A stretch of 64,000 nt of DNA from an uncultured delta proteobacterium (GCA_963711835.1 CAVQFQ010000021.1:96001-160000), one strand, 5' to 3'. Positions 36,730 through 47,598 are shown, numbered from the stretch's first letter. Notes: a model not told the origin generated them from the letters alone. Made by a program: numbers and translations.

Positions 36730-37004
36730 GGAGAAACCTTTCTTTAATATGGCAATAACTTTATTTGTATAACTTTATTCACATAATTTAAACCTTGTTT
36801 AGCTTAACCTCGAAAGTCCTTGTTACGGCAACAATAGAGAAGGGGACGTTGTCCACTTCATTCAAAAATATTTTATCCGTTCTTGAATTCGTTGACTTTC
36901 GTTCCATCTGGATCGAATTTTATTTCCCTCTTCAACCTCTTGGTGACCTTACAATAAAATATCTTTGGATCATTTTACCCCATCCCTGACCCTGGGTTCC
37001 CTTT

Positions 37005-37066
37005 CCCCCTCACCCCCGCTCCGCCTCGGCGGATCTTCGACCTCTCCCACGGTGGGGAGAGGGTGA
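37005..37066. repeat. REP-like palindromic element
   Basis: CCCTCACCC...CCGCCTCGGCGGATCTTCGACCT CTCCC-ACGGTG-GGGAGAGGGTGAG; core repeated at 37643-37670. Confidence 0.65.
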
Positions 37067-37073
37067 GAAGGGA

Positions 37074-37625
37074 TCATCTCCTGCCATATTTTGCCCGGGG
37101 CTCCCTGGTCAAAAAACCGATTTTCTTTCTGGGTCTCTCCGGCGGAGCCATGAGCTGCTCTATAGCCTTAAAAATGTCTGTAATTTGTTCATCATGATCC
37201 TGGATACGTTCTTCCAATTCTGCCAGTTTGCCGGCCAATGTCCTGTGGGTGACCATCATTTGGCGAAGCCGGACAAAAACACGCATGATCGTGATGTTGA
37301 CCTGGATTGCTCTCTGACTATTGAGAACGCTGGACAGCATGGCCACTCCCTGCTCAGTGAATGCATAGGGCCTTGCACGGCGCAGGCCACCCCAACTTGA
37401 AATCACAATTTGTGATTTCAAGTTCTGGAATTCTTCCATGGTCAATTGAAACATGAAATCCTGAGGAAACCTTTCGATATTGCGCTTTACGGCCTGGATC
37501 AATGCTCGAGGTTCAACGCCATAAAGTTCCGCCAAAGGTGTGCTTAACATGACTCTCTGCCCACGAATTATATAAATGGATTTCCCAATTTGTTCTGCGT
37601 AAGTTAGATGGTCTTTGGGGGTCAT
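37074..37625 (-). CDS. ORF6N domain DNA-binding protein
   Basis: [52 protein letters not shown]. Confidence 0.92.
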   Translation of the reverse strand: MTPKDHLTYAEQIGKSIYIIRGQRVMLSTPLAELYGVEPRALIQAVKRNIERFPQDFMFQLTMEEFQNLKSQIVISSWGGLRRARPYAFTEQGVAMLSSVLNSQRAIQVNITIMRVFVRLRQMMVTHRTLAGKLAELEERIQDHDEQITDIFKAIEQLMAPPERPRKKIGFLTREPRAKYGRR

Positions 37626-37695
37626 CTCGCTTTCCTTTTCGCCCGCCGCGGCGGATCTTCGACCTGTCCCGCAGCCACCCTTTTGCATAGACATT

Positions 37696-38835
37696 CTATT
37701 TAAATTCACCGGCCCATAACCGCTCAATAAACTGGGGCCAGGGTATCACCTCAATATTTTTTTCCAGCCGGCGAGGCTGTTTTTCCAAGCAGACGATACA
37801 GCATTTTTTTACCGGTCCGTCTTCCAGAAGGGCTTGCAGCCCGCCGATATCGCCTTCGTGGACGCGGGAGGAGCCTTTAATTTCTATCGCCAGCTCCTTG
37901 TCCCCGAGGAGGAAGTCAACCTCACGGCCGGTTGAAGTCCGCCAGAAAGTAATGGGCCAATCGGGATTGCGGTAGGCCTGATAAGCTTTTAACTCCATCA
38001 AAATATAGTGTTCAAAGGCTTTGCCGAATTCCCGACTGCCGATTTTGGGTTGGCGTCTGGCCAGATAGTTGGCTACCCCCACGTCGAACAAATAAAACTT
38101 TTCGGTGGTGATCAGTCGCCGGTTTTTCGATTTCTTCCAGGGCGGTATTCTGAATCCCAGATAGGTATCTTCCAAGATATCGAAATAGGTCCGTATGACT
38201 TTATGCGAAACGCCTGTTTCCCGGGCGATGTTGACGTAATTGATGAGTTCGCTGGAAGTGATCGCCGCCACCCGCATGAATTCACTGAAGGCCGGGATGT
38301 TTTGGGTGAGCGCTTCCGCGACTACCTCTTCTTTCAAATAATCGGCCACATAAGAACGTAACTCTTCAATCGGGTCGGGTGAGAGGTAGTGGGGCGGGAG
38401 CAGCCCGGAAAACATAACGCGTTCCAGGTTAAACCCGGTTACCTCCATATAGGACAGAGGGGTCAGGGTTCTACGCCAGGCTCGGCCTCCCAGGAGATTG
38501 GCATGTCCGCGCCGTAGTTTACGGGCACTGGAACCGGTCAATAAAAAAGAAAGGGTTGTGTTTTCAATCAGCCAGTGGACTTCATCCAGGAGGGCCGGTG
38601 CTTTTTGGACTTCATCGATAACCACCAGTCCCCGGTGATTCTGATAGCGTTCTCGGAGCAGCGCCGGCCGGGAGATGTATTCCGCAAAAACATCAGTCTT
38701 CAGCAAATCAATAATCTCGGCCCCGGCCAGGTGGTGGGTGATCCAATAGGTTTTGCCGACCTTGCGAGGGCCCCAAAGGAAAGCCGACCTCCCGGGGGGC
38801 AGGTTAAGCTCGAACAGTCTGTTTTTAATTTTCAT
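37696..38835 (-). CDS. AAA_14 ATPase with DUF4143 C-terminal domain
   Basis: [40 protein letters not shown]. Confidence 0.9.
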   Translation of the reverse strand: MKIKNRLFELNLPPGRSAFLWGPRKVGKTYWITHHLAGAEIIDLLKTDVFAEYISRPALLRERYQNHRGLVVIDEVQKAPALLDEVHWLIENTTLSFLLTGSSARKLRRGHANLLGGRAWRRTLTPLSYMEVTGFNLERVMFSGLLPPHYLSPDPIEELRSYVADYLKEEVVAEALTQNIPAFSEFMRVAAITSSELINYVNIARETGVSHKVIRTYFDILEDTYLGFRIPPWKKSKNRRLITTEKFYLFDVGVANYLARRQPKIGSREFGKAFEHYILMELKAYQAYRNPDWPITFWRTSTGREVDFLLGDKELAIEIKGSSRVHEGDIGGLQALLEDGPVKKCCIVCLEKQPRRLEKNIEVIPWPQFIERLWAGEFK

Positions 38836-38878
38836 AATAATGGAAATTTATCCGAATAAATTATCCTCGTCAAGAAAA

Positions 38879-39139
38879 TTATTTACGTAATCGCCCCAGA
38901 CGGCACCAATGTCCTTTCTCTAAGCTTCCAAATTGGAATCTTAGAGAAGTATATTCTTCCTGGGTTAATTGGAACATAAAATCATGTGGAAATCGAACCA
39001 AATTTCTTCTTACGGCCTTGTTTAAATTCCCGGTGGTAACTCCATAAAGTCGTGCCAAGTCCCTATCCAGCATGTTTTTTTGGCCTCTGACCAGTAAAAT
39101 CTTCTTCTCAATTACTTCCATTGGGACCACAGATTCCAT
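38879..39139 (-). pseudogene. truncated ORF6N protein
   Basis: RGQK.MLDRDLA.LYGV..RFP.DFMFQL; ends before PYAFTEQG. Confidence 0.75.
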
Positions 39140-39426
39140 TCATTCTCCTTCTTAGGGACAAGCCTTTGAATATTAAACCAAGTAATCTGGGGTCAGGCAT
39201 AAGCAATAAAAGTAAATTCCAGGGAAGCCGACATAGAAAAAAGGCCCTAACTTTATGAAAAGCAAGGGCCTTTAAGCTCCATCGAATTCTCCCGGTTTAA
39301 GGTTAAATGGAAAAAGAAAGTAAATTTAACAAGATAGGCTTGAAATAGCATATATTGGGCCTATTGTCAATGGAAGGGAACAGGCCGTGTTATACCGGTT
39401 GCATTCGAAATTAATATCAAGAGTCT

Positions 39427-39598
39427 CCCTCCGCTGACCTCGGTGATTTCCAGCAGGGCCTGCTTGAGGGCCTCCTCCAGGGTGAGGAAGTCCGAGCTCC
39501 CCGGTCTCCGGGGCGAGAAGCGGGAAGAGGGTCAGTTTTTTATGGGATTGGGGGTGGGCGAACTTGACCAGGTCGAGAAGAGCTTTGATGGCTTGCAT
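39427..39598 (-). pseudogene. ARPP-1/DUF6569-like 5' fragment (frameshifted)
   Basis: Q....LTLFPL then alternate frame DFLTLEEAL....EITEVSGG. Confidence 0.55.
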
Positions 39599-39691
39599 GG
39601 GGTTTGCCTCCTCATTTTTCGATTTTGAGGAGGAGCATAACCTCCGGGATTGTCAGATCAGGACAAAATGGAGAATTATTTTGATCATCCT

Positions 39692-39769
39692 TTAAGCCCC
39701 ACTTTCTGCCTCTTTAGCCAGGTGTTCTTTAATCCACATCCTCAGTAGCGAGGTATAACTTAATCCCTT
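39692..39769 (-). pseudogene. 3' remnant of CopG/BrnA-like antitoxin
   Basis: KGLSYTSLLRMWIKEHL...*, similar to the end of 34215-34508. Confidence 0.6.
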
Positions 39770-39779
39770 TCGCAAAAAG

Positions 39780-39808
39780 TTGACAAGACCTCGTCTTTGA
39801 GTTACCAT
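39780..39808 (+). promoter_or_regulatory. sigma-70 promoter of gap
   Basis: TTGACA-17 nt-TACCAT. Confidence 0.75.
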
Positions 39809-39875
39809 TTCCCTAACTTGTTTATATTTTTAACCAATATCAAAAAATTCGGAAATATTAAAAAAGGAGAGAGCT

Positions 39876-40874
39876 ATGGCGGTTAAAGTGGCCATCAATG
39901 GTTTTGGAAGGATTGGTCGATTGGTTTATCGGGCGGGTTTTAAGAGCCGTGAGGTCGAATTCATAGCCGTCAATGATCTAACCGACGCAAAAACAATGGC
40001 CCATCTGTTGAAATACGATTCGGTTCATGGAATCATGGATGCCGAGGTCAAGGCCACCTCGAATTCCTTAATAATCGACGGCCAGGAACTTAAAACCTTC
40101 TCGATGAAAGATCCGGAATCTTTGCCCTGGAAGGAACTCGGCATAGACGTCGTCCTGGAGAGCACCGGTAAGTTTACCGACCGGTCCGGGGCCGAAAAAC
40201 ATTTAATGGCCGGGGCAAAAAAGGTCGTTATTTCAGCGCCGGCCAAGAACCCGGATGTCACTGTGATTTTCGGGATCAATCAGGAGGAATACGATCAGAC
40301 CAAACACCACATCATCTCCATGGGGTCCTGTACCACCAACTGCCTGGCTCCCATCGTTAAAATACTTCAGAAGGAGTTCGGTGTCGAATACGGTCTGATG
40401 ACCACCATTCATGCCTATACCAATGATCAGGTCATCCAGGATGAACCGCATAAAGACCTTCGGCGATCCAGGGCAGCAGCTCTTTCCATGATTCCGACAA
40501 CAACCGGTGCCGCCAAGGCGATTTCCGAAGTGATCCCGGAGATGAAGGGCAGACTGGACGGCATCGCCATACGAGTGCCTGTTCCCAATGTTTCTCTGGT
40601 CGACTTCGTGGCCACCTTATCGAAAGCCACCAGTAAAGACGAAGTGAATGCCAAGTTCAAAGAATATGCCGCAGGCCCCATGAAGGGCATACTCCTGTGC
40701 AGCGATGAAGAACTGGTTTCACATGATTTCAACGGGAATCCCCATTCATCGATTGTCGACCTTCCCAACACGAATGTCATCGGCGGCAAGATAATCAAAA
40801 TTCTCTCCTGGTATGATAACGAGTGGGGTTTCTCAAATAGAATTGTGGAACTCTTGTCGTTTGTCATGAAATAG
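39876..40874 (+). CDS. gap: type I glyceraldehyde-3-phosphate dehydrogenase
   Basis: INGFGRIGR, VNDL, SCTTNCLAP, PTTTGAAKA, WYDNEWG. Confidence 0.98.
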   Translation: MAVKVAINGFGRIGRLVYRAGFKSREVEFIAVNDLTDAKTMAHLLKYDSVHGIMDAEVKATSNSLIIDGQELKTFSMKDPESLPWKELGIDVVLESTGKFTDRSGAEKHLMAGAKKVVISAPAKNPDVTVIFGINQEEYDQTKHHIISMGSCTTNCLAPIVKILQKEFGVEYGLMTTIHAYTNDQVIQDEPHKDLRRSRAAALSMIPTTTGAAKAISEVIPEMKGRLDGIAIRVPVPNVSLVDFVATLSKATSKDEVNAKFKEYAAGPMKGILLCSDEELVSHDFNGNPHSSIVDLPNTNVIGGKIIKILSWYDNEWGFSNRIVELLSFVMK

Positions 40875-40884
40875 AAAAGGAAAA

Positions 40885-40916
40885 GGGTTCAAGGATTCGA
40901 GGATTCAGGGATTCAA
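40885..40916. repeat. tandem 8-mer array
   Basis: GGGTTCAA GGATTCGA GGATTCAG GGATTCAA. Confidence 0.75.
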
Positions 40917-40978
40917 GAAAGCGATACCTCACAAAAAACCGCCCCTTGGCAATAGGATCTTTAGAATAACAACATCCT

Positions 40979-43900
40979 ATGCAAAAACAGGAAAAGACAT
41001 TTACCTCTTCGGCCCTTCAGGTAAACCTGGAAAGAACAGCGGCCACAGTGGAAATTCCGGCCAGATACCAGGTCCTGCTTGATATAGCCCGGGAACATTT
41101 CGGCGTATTCAAAAGGACCCAGGATCTCCTGACCGAAATGAATCATCCCTTTGTAAACTGGGAACATGTACTGAAACAACTGCGCACCCTGTCTATGGGC
41201 GATTTCTATGATTTCAACCGCCATGAAAACGGGTTTAGTGCCTTAAAAACCCTGGTTGGAATTTACTTTGATATTATCCTTTCCCCGGCAAAAGAAGAGA
41301 CCAGAGAGACTTCTGTCCGCTATCTTTTCGATTTTTTAAACCTTATCCTTACAAAAAGTAACGGACTGCTTTCTCGGAATATGGCCATCTTTCCCGAGCT
41401 CATCGATTCCCTCAATACTATTGCCCAAAAAGAGATTTTTCTTTTCAGAAAGGGTTCGACCTATGGGAAAAAACTTCTTCAGGTTGCCATTGAGCAATCG
41501 GCTCCTGTTGATGCCGGACGGCTGAGGGATTTTCTCCATCAAGTTTTCAGGGCGACTTACCTTTTTTGGCTTGATCAGCCCGACCCTCGAGATTGGTTCG
41601 ACCGGGAGGGAGAAGAGGCCTCTTCGATTTTCATCTATGATAATATCGTAAAACCCCTGAGTCATCGGTCTATTTCCGATCTGATCGATAAGCTCGAATC
41701 GCTACCGGAAGCGACCGGAAAAGAAGACGGAAACGGAACAGCCTTTTACCTCAGCCTTCCGGACTATGCCCAAATCGTTGAAGGCTACTTGCTGATAGCC
41801 GACGAATTGGAGAGAGCGGAGGTTTACGCCGGTCGGGAATATCTGGTTAAACTCGATATCCTCTTTCATATCATCAATGTTGCCGCCCTCTCCGATATCC
41901 ACGGCCGGGCCTTGATCGAGATCAACCGCTGTCTAACCATGGTCTTTCGGGAGGAGAACCCGGAAAATTTAAATGATTTTCTCCGAAAAGTTTTTTATCT
42001 CCTAAAAAAATGTACCTCCTGCACCCAGTACCGCAGCACGATCCTCCATTGTATCATTACCGTGGCCCGGGAGGTCTTCAAGCTGAACCACCATCCCCTG
42101 GTGGATATCTTTATTGAAGAGCTGATTGCCTTCGGCTTCCAGCATCCGCAATTGGCAGGATCCACCACAGAATGGCAGATCAAGGTAAATCCGGTCCACA
42201 TTGAAAATATACGCGCCTGGCTTGAAATCATCGCCCTGAAACCCAGATGGACCAAAAGACTGCTCTCGGCGCTTATCATTAATTTAAAAATCGGCGGCGT
42301 CTTCGTCCGGGACACCGATCTCCTCCAGAAAAATATCTCGGCCCTTCTTAACGCCGATATTGCACCGGCTTACAATCTGGTCAAGCAACTCCTTAGGTTA
42401 TTCCCAATCTATTTCAGTGAGATCGGCGCCGAAGGGGAACTTCGGGAAATATCGACGCAGGTGGATGAACTGTTTTCGCGCCAAGAGCTGGTTATCCATT
42501 TTCTGCGCAAACAATCTCACGTGGAGAGCAACAGTTTGCTGGTCACCTTCCTGGAAAACGCCTTTCGTTATTGGGCCTCCGGGATAAAGGGTCATCTTCG
42601 CCACCATCTTCCTGACGAAGTTTATGAGCAGATTCCGGAAGGCGGCCAAGAAACGACCGGTCTTCGAACCCTATTTGAAAACCTTTTTGAAAAAGTAAAC
42701 GGAGACCCTGCGGGTTTCCTGGATTGGGACAGCTCCAGGATTTTTAAAGAGATCCAAGCCGTAGCCGGGCTTTCGGAGAAGGACCGGGAGCGGGCCAAAC
42801 TCCTTATTCGTTTCTATCAACTTCTTTATAAAAAATACAATCCGCAGCACATCGAAGTGATCAAGAACATCGAGGCTTCTTTCTTGTTCGATCCGGCGAA
42901 AGTCCATGCCCTCAAACGCCATCTCCAAGAGAAAAAACAAGATAAGAGTCTGGCCATCATTCTCGGCTTTCTCTCTCATCTCAAGGAGAAGATACTCTCA
43001 CCGGAAAAAACGGAATATGTTGAGAATATTTATCGTAAAAGACATATTGCCGCCGGCATCCCCTCCATGTACGGGACCTATCACGAAGAAAAATTTGAAG
43101 CCTTGGGACTTTCCCTGCGTTTGGAGAGTTTTGCCACCGTCCTCTTCGAGGAACTCATCCGGTCCCTTAATTTGACTTTTATAACTAAAAGTACCTTGAA
43201 GAGAATTCATCATTATCTCTGGCTTTATGTAAAGGCCCTGGACATCGAGGGGATTACCACCGAAGGTCTGACGGCCAAAATGAAGTATGTCAGCCACGCT
43301 TTGGAGATCAAACAGTTTTCGTTTGACCAGTATATTGATATCTTCCAATTCATCTCCAAAGGTATTCAGGATATTATCAGGGATTATCACATCGATGCCC
43401 ATCGCCCCAACCTTCCCATAATAATCGGTCAAATCATCAAGGAAAACGGCCCGGGCTCAGGTCAAAGGTCCATTCCCTCCGGAAACGAGGAAATTTACTA
43501 TCAACTTTCCGAGAGTTTTATCCGGGCCGCCATATCATCGGCCTTCGGTCTCCAGGTGCTCGATAATTTTATCAACAGCATCCTGAGAACCCTTCAAGCC
43601 GAATTGGAAAAGTTTAAGGAAAACAAGCAAATTTTGACCCTGGTGATGTCCTATGATCCGGAAATGACCATCACCCCCCTCTACCAGCGCAGTAAAAGAC
43701 TCGACAACCAGATACTCCTTGGAAGTAAGGGATATTTTCTGAAAGAACTGGCTTCCATGGATTTTCCGGTTCCTCCCGGATTTGTCCTGACCACAGAAGT
43801 CTTCCGAAGGATCGAGGCCTTATTGGGCTACCGATACATTATGGAGGATCTCCATGTCAGAATCGGAAAAGAAATAAGGCGACTGGAAAGGATCGTCGGG

Positions 43901-45199
43901 AGAAAATTCGGAGATCCCAAAAATCCGCTTCTTTTAAGTGTCCGAAGCGGGGCCACCCTTTCCCTGCCGGGGATGATGCAATCGATCTTGAATGTCGGCA
44001 TTAATGAAAAGATTGCCGAAGGATTGAGCAAGAAAACAGCTTTCCCCTGGGCCGCCTGGGATTCCTACCGGAGATTTCTCCAGAGCTATGGGATGTTAAG
44101 GGGACTTGACCGGAATTTTTTCGACTCCATTATCGATACCTTCAAACAGAAGTATGGGGTCAGTCGAAAGATCCAGTTTGCCCCGCAACAAATGAAGCAG
44201 GTCGCCCTGGGTTACAGGCAGGCCTTGGAAGAAAAAGGAATAAAGGTTCCAGACCACCCTGCCGATCAGCTTCAGGATGCCATCCTCCAGGTCATTGCCT
44301 CTTGGAATTCGGAACAGGCCAGGATTTACCGCCGTCAGATGCACCTGTCCGATGAATGGGGCACGGCCGTCATCATCCAATCCATGATCTTCGGAAATCT
44401 AAATGACCAATCCGGATCCGGCGTGATCTTCACCCGGGACCCGAAAGAATCCTCCCCCGGAATCAATCTATACGGTGATTTCATTTTCGGAGTCCAGGGA
44501 GACGACATCGTTTCCGGCCTGGTTTCCACGTATCCCATATCGGAAAAACAGAGACTGACGGAAAGAAAAGATACGCTGATCTCTTTAGAGGCCAATTTTC
44601 CGGAGATCTACGAAGAACTCGTCCATCTTTCCGAAAAATTAATTTATGATAAGAGATTCAACCACCAGGAAATCGAGTTCACCTTTGAGAATGCGACCCG
44701 GGAGGGACTCTATATCCTTCAGACCCGAGACATGGTCCAGCGGGAAACCCAAAAACTGGAGATGTTCAAAGAGACCGAGGAACTGAAAAGGGACCTGCTC
44801 GGTACCGGAATCGGGGTGAGCGGCGGGGCCTTGTCAGGAAGGGCCGTATACTCCGAAGAGGAAATCCGTTACTATCGTGAAAAAGAACCGGAAACGCCGT
44901 TGATTCTCATCCGGCCCGATTCAGTTCCTGATGACGTGGGGGTCCTCCTCCAGGTCGAAGGCCTATTGACGGCCAAAGGGGGAAGTACTTCCCATGCAGC
45001 GGTCACCATCCCCCAGCTCGATAAGGTCGGCGTAGTGGGGTTTACCAAACTGAGCGTCTATGAAACCAGAGGATTGAGTACGGTTGATGGTCGAACCATA
45101 CGGGGTGGGGACTTTATTTCCATTGATGGTTGGACCGGCGCCGTGTACCAGGGCTTTCATGAAAAGGAAGCCCAGGAATCCAACCGGGTAACTTTATAA
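40979..45199 (+). CDS. PPDK-like dikinase: ~900-aa N-terminal region, ATP-grasp and phospho-His domain, no pyruvate barrel
   Basis: LLGSKG, PVPPGF.LTTE, PLLLSVRSG, PGMM, QG.DIVSG, YILQTR, GGSTSHAA; ends shortly after ISIDG.TG.V. Confidence 0.88.
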   Translation: MQKQEKTFTSSALQVNLERTAATVEIPARYQVLLDIAREHFGVFKRTQDLLTEMNHPFVNWEHVLKQLRTLSMGDFYDFNRHENGFSALKTLVGIYFDIILSPAKEETRETSVRYLFDFLNLILTKSNGLLSRNMAIFPELIDSLNTIAQKEIFLFRKGSTYGKKLLQVAIEQSAPVDAGRLRDFLHQVFRATYLFWLDQPDPRDWFDREGEEASSIFIYDNIVKPLSHRSISDLIDKLESLPEATGKEDGNGTAFYLSLPDYAQIVEGYLLIADELERAEVYAGREYLVKLDILFHIINVAALSDIHGRALIEINRCLTMVFREENPENLNDFLRKVFYLLKKCTSCTQYRSTILHCIITVAREVFKLNHHPLVDIFIEELIAFGFQHPQLAGSTTEWQIKVNPVHIENIRAWLEIIALKPRWTKRLLSALIINLKIGGVFVRDTDLLQKNISALLNADIAPAYNLVKQLLRLFPIYFSEIGAEGELREISTQVDELFSRQELVIHFLRKQSHVESNSLLVTFLENAFRYWASGIKGHLRHHLPDEVYEQIPEGGQETTGLRTLFENLFEKVNGDPAGFLDWDSSRIFKEIQAVAGLSEKDRERAKLLIRFYQLLYKKYNPQHIEVIKNIEASFLFDPAKVHALKRHLQEKKQDKSLAIILGFLSHLKEKILSPEKTEYVENIYRKRHIAAGIPSMYGTYHEEKFEALGLSLRLESFATVLFEELIRSLNLTFITKSTLKRIHHYLWLYVKALDIEGITTEGLTAKMKYVSHALEIKQFSFDQYIDIFQFISKGIQDIIRDYHIDAHRPNLPIIIGQIIKENGPGSGQRSIPSGNEEIYYQLSESFIRAAISSAFGLQVLDNFINSILRTLQAELEKFKENKQILTLVMSYDPEMTITPLYQRSKRLDNQILLGSKGYFLKELASMDFPVPPGFVLTTEVFRRIEALLGYRYIMEDLHVRIGKEIRRLERIVGRKFGDPKNPLLLSVRSGATLSLPGMMQSILNVGINEKIAEGLSKKTAFPWAAWDSYRRFLQSYGMLRGLDRNFFDSIIDTFKQKYGVSRKIQFAPQQMKQVALGYRQALEEKGIKVPDHPADQLQDAILQVIASWNSEQARIYRRQMHLSDEWGTAVIIQSMIFGNLNDQSGSGVIFTRDPKESSPGINLYGDFIFGVQGDDIVSGLVSTYPISEKQRLTERKDTLISLEANFPEIYEELVHLSEKLIYDKRFNHQEIEFTFENATREGLYILQTRDMVQRETQKLEMFKETEELKRDLLGTGIGVSGGALSGRAVYSEEEIRYYREKEPETPLILIRPDSVPDDVGVLLQVEGLLTAKGGSTSHAAVTIPQLDKVGVVGFTKLSVYETRGLSTVDGRTIRGGDFISIDGWTGAVYQGFHEKEAQESNRVTL

Positions 45200-45203
45200 A
45201 AAT

Positions 45204-45296
45204 AGTTCGGAGTTTAGAGTTCGGAGCTCGGAGTTTGAAGTTTGAAATTCGAAATTAACGGTTTTTGCTCCGAAGGCATTACTCCGAACTCCGAAC
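45204..45296. repeat. inverted heptamer arrays AGTTCGG
   Basis: AGTTCGG AGTTTAG AGTTCGG AGCTCGG AGTTTGA AGTTTGA AATTCGA ... ACTCCGA ACTCCGA AC. Confidence 0.8.
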
Positions 45297-45346
45297 GGTC
45301 TGTTTGATTTATAACCCCTCTTTAGTCCTTCAATTACACTTCCAAT

Positions 45347-46624
45347 TTACGTCAGCTGCTTGTGGACGTGGATGGTCAAATCTCCCAAACGGTTCACATA
45401 GCTCCCGTACTCATTATCGTACCATCCGAAGATCTTGGCATGAACCACCGGTACCCTGAGCATATTCATGGGGAGGGACGGCAGTATCTGCGGTGACCAA
45501 CCGGGAATACAGGCACAGTCGATATCGATAAATGAGGTGCGGGTGTGATTGAACTGGCCTTCGATCACCACGGCAGCATTCAACCCGATCAGATCACTGG
45601 AGACATTTTGTTCCATTGAAAAAACGAGCAATTTTTCCGGGTCCCGCTCGCTGACCTTCTGATAGATCCGGTTGATGGTATTGGTGTCCAGTTCGAAGGC
45701 CGTTCCATTCGGAGTGTTCTTGCTCTGAAAAGTGACATTAAGGACGATAAGCGATTCCGTGTTGGTGGGTACCCGAATGGAATCGGCCATAAAACCGATA
45801 TTCTTGACCTCCGGGATGACTTCTGCCAGAGCCGCTGCGGCATTGGTAGAGGTAAGAATGATATTATTGAGGATACTCCTGTTCTTTCTCAAATCCTTCT
45901 CACCCGCCTTCGGCATGGAATCGAGGACGGCCTGGGAATTGGTTACGGCATGGATCGTCGAAAGAGAAGCGGTCAGGATCTTGTTCGTCTCTTCATTTTC
46001 CAAAAGGGGTTTGACCATGTGGGCCAGCCCCGTGGTGGTACATGATGCCGCGGATAGGACCTGATGGTTTTTCTTATCGTAGGCGGCATGGTTGATACCG
46101 TAGATCAGGGTGACCGCATCCCTCGGTGTGGTCAGGGCCTTGTCTTTTATTTTAAAGGGAGAGGAATTGATCACCACTTTGGGCCCGGCCGACAAATGGC
46201 CTCTGATTGAGCCTTTTTTATCATCGGGAGGGACTGTGGGGTCCCTGAACTGGCTGGTGCATTCCACAACCAGATCCACGCCGTGATCCCGCCATTTGAT
46301 CTCCGCTGGGTTTCGCGCCTCTCGCAGAATAGTTACGGGGACACCGTCAATAAGAAGTTTTCCGGCCTTCTCATCAACGATCTCGATCAACCGTTCTCCT
46401 TTAATTCCGTAGAGAAAACGGTGGAGTGGCCCGTAAGTGGTATCGGTTTCAATCCGCTGGGCAATGGTCTGCAATCCAGTCCCTATTTCCCGTCCCGTAT
46501 TGACAACGATCTCCTGGAAGTATTTACGCGCCAGGTGATTCCACACGGTCAGCTTTCCGATTCTACCTAACCCGTTAATTCCGATGACCGGCCGTTTATT
46601 TTCAAACACCTGAACTCTCGCCAT
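45347..46624 (-). CDS. divergent GAPDH-family dehydrogenase (425 aa)
   Basis: GINGLGRIG, SAASCTTTGLA, STIHA.TN.Q, SIRVPT, WYDNEYG. Confidence 0.88.
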   Translation of the reverse strand: MARVQVFENKRPVIGINGLGRIGKLTVWNHLARKYFQEIVVNTGREIGTGLQTIAQRIETDTTYGPLHRFLYGIKGERLIEIVDEKAGKLLIDGVPVTILREARNPAEIKWRDHGVDLVVECTSQFRDPTVPPDDKKGSIRGHLSAGPKVVINSSPFKIKDKALTTPRDAVTLIYGINHAAYDKKNHQVLSAASCTTTGLAHMVKPLLENEETNKILTASLSTIHAVTNSQAVLDSMPKAGEKDLRKNRSILNNIILTSTNAAAALAEVIPEVKNIGFMADSIRVPTNTESLIVLNVTFQSKNTPNGTAFELDTNTINRIYQKVSERDPEKLLVFSMEQNVSSDLIGLNAAVVIEGQFNHTRTSFIDIDCACIPGWSPQILPSLPMNMLRVPVVHAKIFGWYDNEYGSYVNRLGDLTIHVHKQLT

Positions 46625-47169
46625 AGTGCACCTCCTATAGATTCGTCTGAGTATTCAATAAGAAAAGGGTATCCTTTCCCTAACCTTTGGGGGAAAGGGT
46701 ATGGAGTATAAGCTTTACTCTTCCGGCCAAGGCCTTACCTGTTCTTAAATATTATAGAAATATATACACATTTTTTGAATCAAATGTCAACTGGCTGAAG
46801 GAACGCTTACCTCCCTTCACTTGCCGATAACTATTGGATTTAAAGGGCTTTTCTTGGGGTCTTAAACTTAATATAGCCTGTTATATCAAAAGGATTTTGT
46901 TTAAAACAAGTGATAACAAAAGCGGGCAAGTTGTTGAAAATTGAGGTCCTGGTGTCTTTACGGTGAACTTGAAATCTTATTCGAGCTGCCTGTGGTTTGC
47001 AGATAACCACCCGATCGGCGGACCTTCCGATCTCTCAAAGAAAGCCTCCAGCAGCATCAAGGCGGTAGGGCCGACCACGGTTATTATGGCACCCGGTTTT
47101 TTCAGACCAAGAAAAAAAGGGGCAAATAATAAACCTACCCCTTTTATAGAACCCCTTCAACTCAAGGGC

Positions 47170-47598
47170 TTAATCAACTATAATAACGTCCTTGATTTTC
47201 TTGAAGGTCCCTTCCTTGATCCCCTTAACCTTCATGACATCCTCGGGTTTCTTATAAGGACGCCCGTCTATGATGGCTTGGGCCTTGGCCGGGCCGATTT
47301 CCGGAAGGGCTTCCAGTTGCGCCTTGGTGGCCTTGTTCAGGTTGACCTTCTGACCCGGGGCCAGCTTGGCGGCCGGTGCGGCAGCCTTTTCCTTCGGAGC
47401 GGGAGTCTCCTTGGCGGCTGGGGCTTTAGCCGGGGCTTCCTTAGCCGGCGCCTTGGCACCCGGTGCCGTTGCGCCCGTGTCGGTGGCCGCCTTTTCTGTC
47501 TTGCCATAAACGGCGGGGTTTAATCCCAGGACTACAAAAATCCCCACAAAAATCATCCAGCAGGTTACTTTTGAAAACCTCATTTTCCTTTGGATCAT
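47170..47598 (-). CDS. comEA: ComEA-like helix-hairpin-helix DNA-binding protein
   Basis: Signal/TM, Ala-Pro-Lys linker, VNLNKAT..LEALPEIGP.KAQAII, KVKGI. Confidence 0.85.
   Translation of the reverse strand: MIQRKMRFSKVTCWMIFVGIFVVLGLNPAVYGKTEKAATDTGATAPGAKAPAKEAPAKAPAAKETPAPKEKAAAPAAKLAPGQKVNLNKATKAQLEALPEIGPAKAQAIIDGRPYKKPEDVMKVKGIKEGTFKKIKDVIIVD

Larger units (their letters stand above)
32919..39775. mobile_element. decayed tRNA-linked accessory island rich in toxin-antitoxin modules and gene fragments
   Basis: Begins at the tRNA 3' end; three intact TA pairs, many truncated genes and internal repeats; no integrase seen; boundaries approximate. Confidence 0.75.

Noticed and set aside
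36740-36990. AT-rich stretch as a gene
   Set aside because: Interrupted frames and no recognisable family; probably another remnant.
32919-39775. Integron or intact integrative element/prophage
   Set aside because: No integrase, no recognisable attC sites, no duplicated tRNA 3' end and no phage structural genes seen.
45204-45296. Short tandem repeats as a CRISPR array
   Set aside because: Units are 7-8 nt with no unique spacers and there are no cas genes in the window.
46945-47100. 6S RNA or other ncRNA between gap2 and comEA
   Set aside because: Only a short end-to-end pairing (GGTGTC/GGCACC); I could not build the long 6S duplex by eye. Needs an Rfam search.
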